This document shows, piece after piece, positions 61,754 through 64,000 of a DNA stretch of 64,000 nt (the stretch's first letter is position 1; each line of letters starts with the position of its first letter). The notes beneath the pieces are model-generated. The model made no database searches. It was not told the origin of the DNA and saw nothing but the letters and a program-made list of their open reading frames with translations. Source of the stretch: Acidobacteriota bacterium (GTDB lineage: Bacteria; Acidobacteriota; Thermoanaerobaculia; Multivoradales; UBA5704). The position numbers and the translations under genes are program-made. The stretch covers positions 1-64,000 of the forward strand of contig JBDTZG010000021.1 of assembly GCA_040005235.1 (NCBI GenBank). The letters are read 5' to 3'.

Positions 61754-62032
61754 ATGAGCGATTTGACCCTGGAGACGCCGACCGCCAAGGCGTCCATTTC
61801 GGAGCTGCGCCCGGCCCTCGAGGCGGCGCTCAAAGCCCAGTTTCCCGGCGGGATGCTCAAGTGGAGCTGGGACGGCGATGTCTGCAACCTCACTGGCCCC
61901 GGGGCGAAGGGGACGATCGTGCTCGAAGAGGGCAAACTGGTCGGCCGTGCCCACCTGGGGCCTCCCGCGAGCATGATGCGCGGCGTGATCGAGCAGAAGA
62001 TCACCGCGGCGATGAAAAAGGCCGGCGGGTAA
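61754..62032 (+). CDS. polyhydroxyalkanoic acid system (PHA_gran_rgn)-like protein
   Basis: W.WDGD...L.G.GA.G...L...P......IE.KI pattern. Confidence 0.6.
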   Translation: MSDLTLETPTAKASISELRPALEAALKAQFPGGMLKWSWDGDVCNLTGPGAKGTIVLEEGKLVGRAHLGPPASMMRGVIEQKITAAMKKAGG

Positions 62033-62047
62033 GCCCGTCCCCCCCCG

Positions 62048-62890
62048 ATGCTCCCGCCATCCGGGCCGCTCGGAGCGCTCGCGCACCGGGCGGTCGAAAC
62101 GCCGGAGCGGCCCTTTCTCTTCTTCGTTCGCGGGCTCGATTGGCGTTGGCTCTCCTATAAGGAAGCGGTCGAGCGGATCGGCGGCGTCGCCGCGCGCTTC
62201 GATCGCCTTCCCGCGGGGGCGCGCAACGCTTTTCCTTCGACCGCCGGGCTTTCGTCCCTTCTTCTCGACCTCGCGATCCGCTCGACGGATCGAATCGCAG
62301 TGCCGATCGGCCCGCTCTATGCCGAAGCCGAGCGCGACCCGGAGCTGGCGCGGCTCGGGGCCGAGGCCTTCGCCTCCCTGCCCGGATTTGCGCCGAGCCG
62401 GACGCTGCCGACCGTCGAGATTCCCGATCCGTTCATTCTCTCCGGCGCGTGGCCCGGAGGAGAGGGGGGCGTTTTGATCGAAGTGGCCGGAGTCCCCCGG
62501 ATCGTCCTCCCGGACGAGATCGCCGCGGCAAGCGAGCGCTTCAATTCGAAGCGGCCCGCTCGCGAGATCGTCCTGGTCGGCCCTCCATCGCGGATTTTGA
62601 TCGAGCGGGCGTTCGCGGATGTGGCGTTTCGTACCGGCGCCGCCTGTCTGTTCGAACCCGACCCGTCGGCCCGCGCGGCGAGCGCCGCCTGGGGCCGGGT
62701 GACGATGCACGCGGGAAGCGCCTCGGAGCTGGCGGAGCTTCTTGGCCGGGCGAAGCGCGCGCAGCGGGTGCCGCTCTCCCGGGCGCGGTTGCCGTTCGGC
62801 CGGCTGCACACCGTTTTTTGCACCGACGGGCAAGGGCTCGCCTCGGCCGCGGCCGAGGCGTGGCGCGCGTTAGGGGTAGCGGTCGGATGA
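62048..62890 (+). CDS. degenerate AMP-binding-like protein
   Basis: LA.RA..TPERP.LF.....W.W.SY.E resembles acyl-CoA synthetase N-termini; no TSGTTG.PK motif. Confidence 0.5.
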   Translation: MLPPSGPLGALAHRAVETPERPFLFFVRGLDWRWLSYKEAVERIGGVAARFDRLPAGARNAFPSTAGLSSLLLDLAIRSTDRIAVPIGPLYAEAERDPELARLGAEAFASLPGFAPSRTLPTVEIPDPFILSGAWPGGEGGVLIEVAGVPRIVLPDEIAAASERFNSKRPAREIVLVGPPSRILIERAFADVAFRTGAACLFEPDPSARAASAAWGRVTMHAGSASELAELLGRAKRAQRVPLSRARLPFGRLHTVFCTDGQGLASAAAEAWRALGVAVG

Positions 62891-63813
62891 CGCCGCGCGA
62901 GATCGCCGAACGGTTGAAGGCCTGGGCGCTCGAAGCCGGCTTCGACCGCGCAGGGGTGGCGAGCCTCGAACCGCTGGAGCATGGACCGGCGTTGGTCCGT
63001 TGGCTCGAACGGGGCGAGCAGGCGGGGATGGCCTGGATGGCCAACAAGCTGGAGGCGCGGCTCGATCCCTCGCAGTTCTTTCCTGGGGCGAAAAGCGCGC
63101 TCTGCGTCGCGCTCCACTATTGGCCGCTCGCCGGTCAAGACGATCCGGAAGGGGACCTCTGGCCGCGCGTGGCCCGCTACGCCCGCGGGGTGGACTACCA
63201 CGACCTGATGGCGCGGTGGATGAAGCCGCTGTGCGACCGGATCGAGGCGGAGCTCCCGGGCTCGAAGGCCCGCTACACGATGGACACCGGGCCGGTCTTG
63301 GAACGCGAGTTGGCGGCCCGCGCGGGTCTTGGAGCGGTGGGGAAGAACACTCTGCTGCTCCACCCGGAGGCCGGTTCTTGGTTTCTGCTCGGCGAGATCT
63401 TCACCACGCTCGATCTGGCCCCCGACCAGCCGCTCGCGGATCTCTGCGGCAGCTGCACCCGCTGCCTCGAAGCCTGCCCCACGGGCGCTCTGGTCGAGCC
63501 CTACCGGTTGGACGCGAACCGCTGCATCAGCTACTGGACGATCGAGCACCGCGGGGAGTTTCCGCCGGGGGTGCCTGAGTCCCTCGACGGCTGGGTGTTC
63601 GGCTGCGACGCCTGCCAGGACGCCTGCCCGTGGAACGCGGCGCCGCCGCCGGCCGACCATCCGGAGTTTCAACTACCGTCCGAGCGCGCCGCGCTCGATC
63701 TCGCCGGGCTGCTCGGGCTCGATCGGGAAACGTACGTCGCCCGCTTTCGCGGCAGTCCGCTCAAAAGGGCGAAACTGGAAGGTTTACAGCGAAACGCGCG
63801 AGCGATTTCTTGA
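62887..63813 (+). CDS. queG: epoxyqueuosine reductase
   Basis: ARYA.G.DYH, DTGPVLER, GKN, CGSC.RC..ACPT, CISY.TIE, FGCD.CQ..CPWN. Confidence 0.96.
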   Translation: MTPREIAERLKAWALEAGFDRAGVASLEPLEHGPALVRWLERGEQAGMAWMANKLEARLDPSQFFPGAKSALCVALHYWPLAGQDDPEGDLWPRVARYARGVDYHDLMARWMKPLCDRIEAELPGSKARYTMDTGPVLERELAARAGLGAVGKNTLLLHPEAGSWFLLGEIFTTLDLAPDQPLADLCGSCTRCLEACPTGALVEPYRLDANRCISYWTIEHRGEFPPGVPESLDGWVFGCDACQDACPWNAAPPPADHPEFQLPSERAALDLAGLLGLDRETYVARFRGSPLKRAKLEGLQRNARAIS

Positions 63814-63817
63814 GGCC

Positions 63818-64000
63818 CTACGCGAACCGCGAACCGATCACCGGCAGCTCGCGGCGGTGCAGCCAGGTGATGATTGCGCCGCCGACGAAGCAGGTGATCG
63901 CGAGACCGAACAACAAGCCGCCGTCTCCTTGGACTTCGATGCCGAGCTTCGTCAGGTGGGAGAAAATCGCTCCGGCGAGGACGCCCATCGTGATCACCCC
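63818..64000 (-). CDS. DoxX-family membrane protein (3' part, partial)
   Basis: ...MGVLAGAIFSHLTKLGIEVQGDGGLLFGLA...RFA* ending at TAG 63818-63820. Confidence 0.75.
   Translation of the reverse strand, partial: GVITMGVLAGAIFSHLTKLGIEVQGDGGLLFGLAITCFVGGAIITWLHRRELPVIGSRFA

Overview
GC-rich bacterial chromosome segment. Gene content and style suggest Acidobacteriota, probably Thermoanaerobaculia (inference). The housekeeping backbone comprises ltaE, RidA, hpt, purine-nucleoside phosphorylase, an envelope operon (lysS-lolC/E-lolD-clpC-bamA-skp-lpxD-fabZ-lpxA-GnnA-like), an MFP plus two MacB-like permeases, thiC, mntH, mgtE, modE-porin-modABC and queG. An accessory island at about 6.8-18.6 kb holds toxin-antitoxin modules and remnants, Cys-rich/BACON/FG-GAP secreted proteins and a degraded gene duplicate. 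It also holds an inverted 21-bp-period repeat array and a two-gene ART-like module beside a truncated toxin gene. The most notable items are: (1) an unannotated lanthipeptide-like RiPP precursor at 59259-59426 with an in-frame amber codon just after its leader; (2) the candidate ART-toxin defence pair at 17043-18547; (3) an orphan FkbK/ACP/FkbI/FkbH extender-unit cassette; (4) the head-to-head 21-bp repeat array; (5) an OprO/P-like porin under a ModE box in the mod operon. No rRNA, tRNA, CRISPR array, integrase or transposase was recognised. All family calls come from motif recognition by eye, not database searches.
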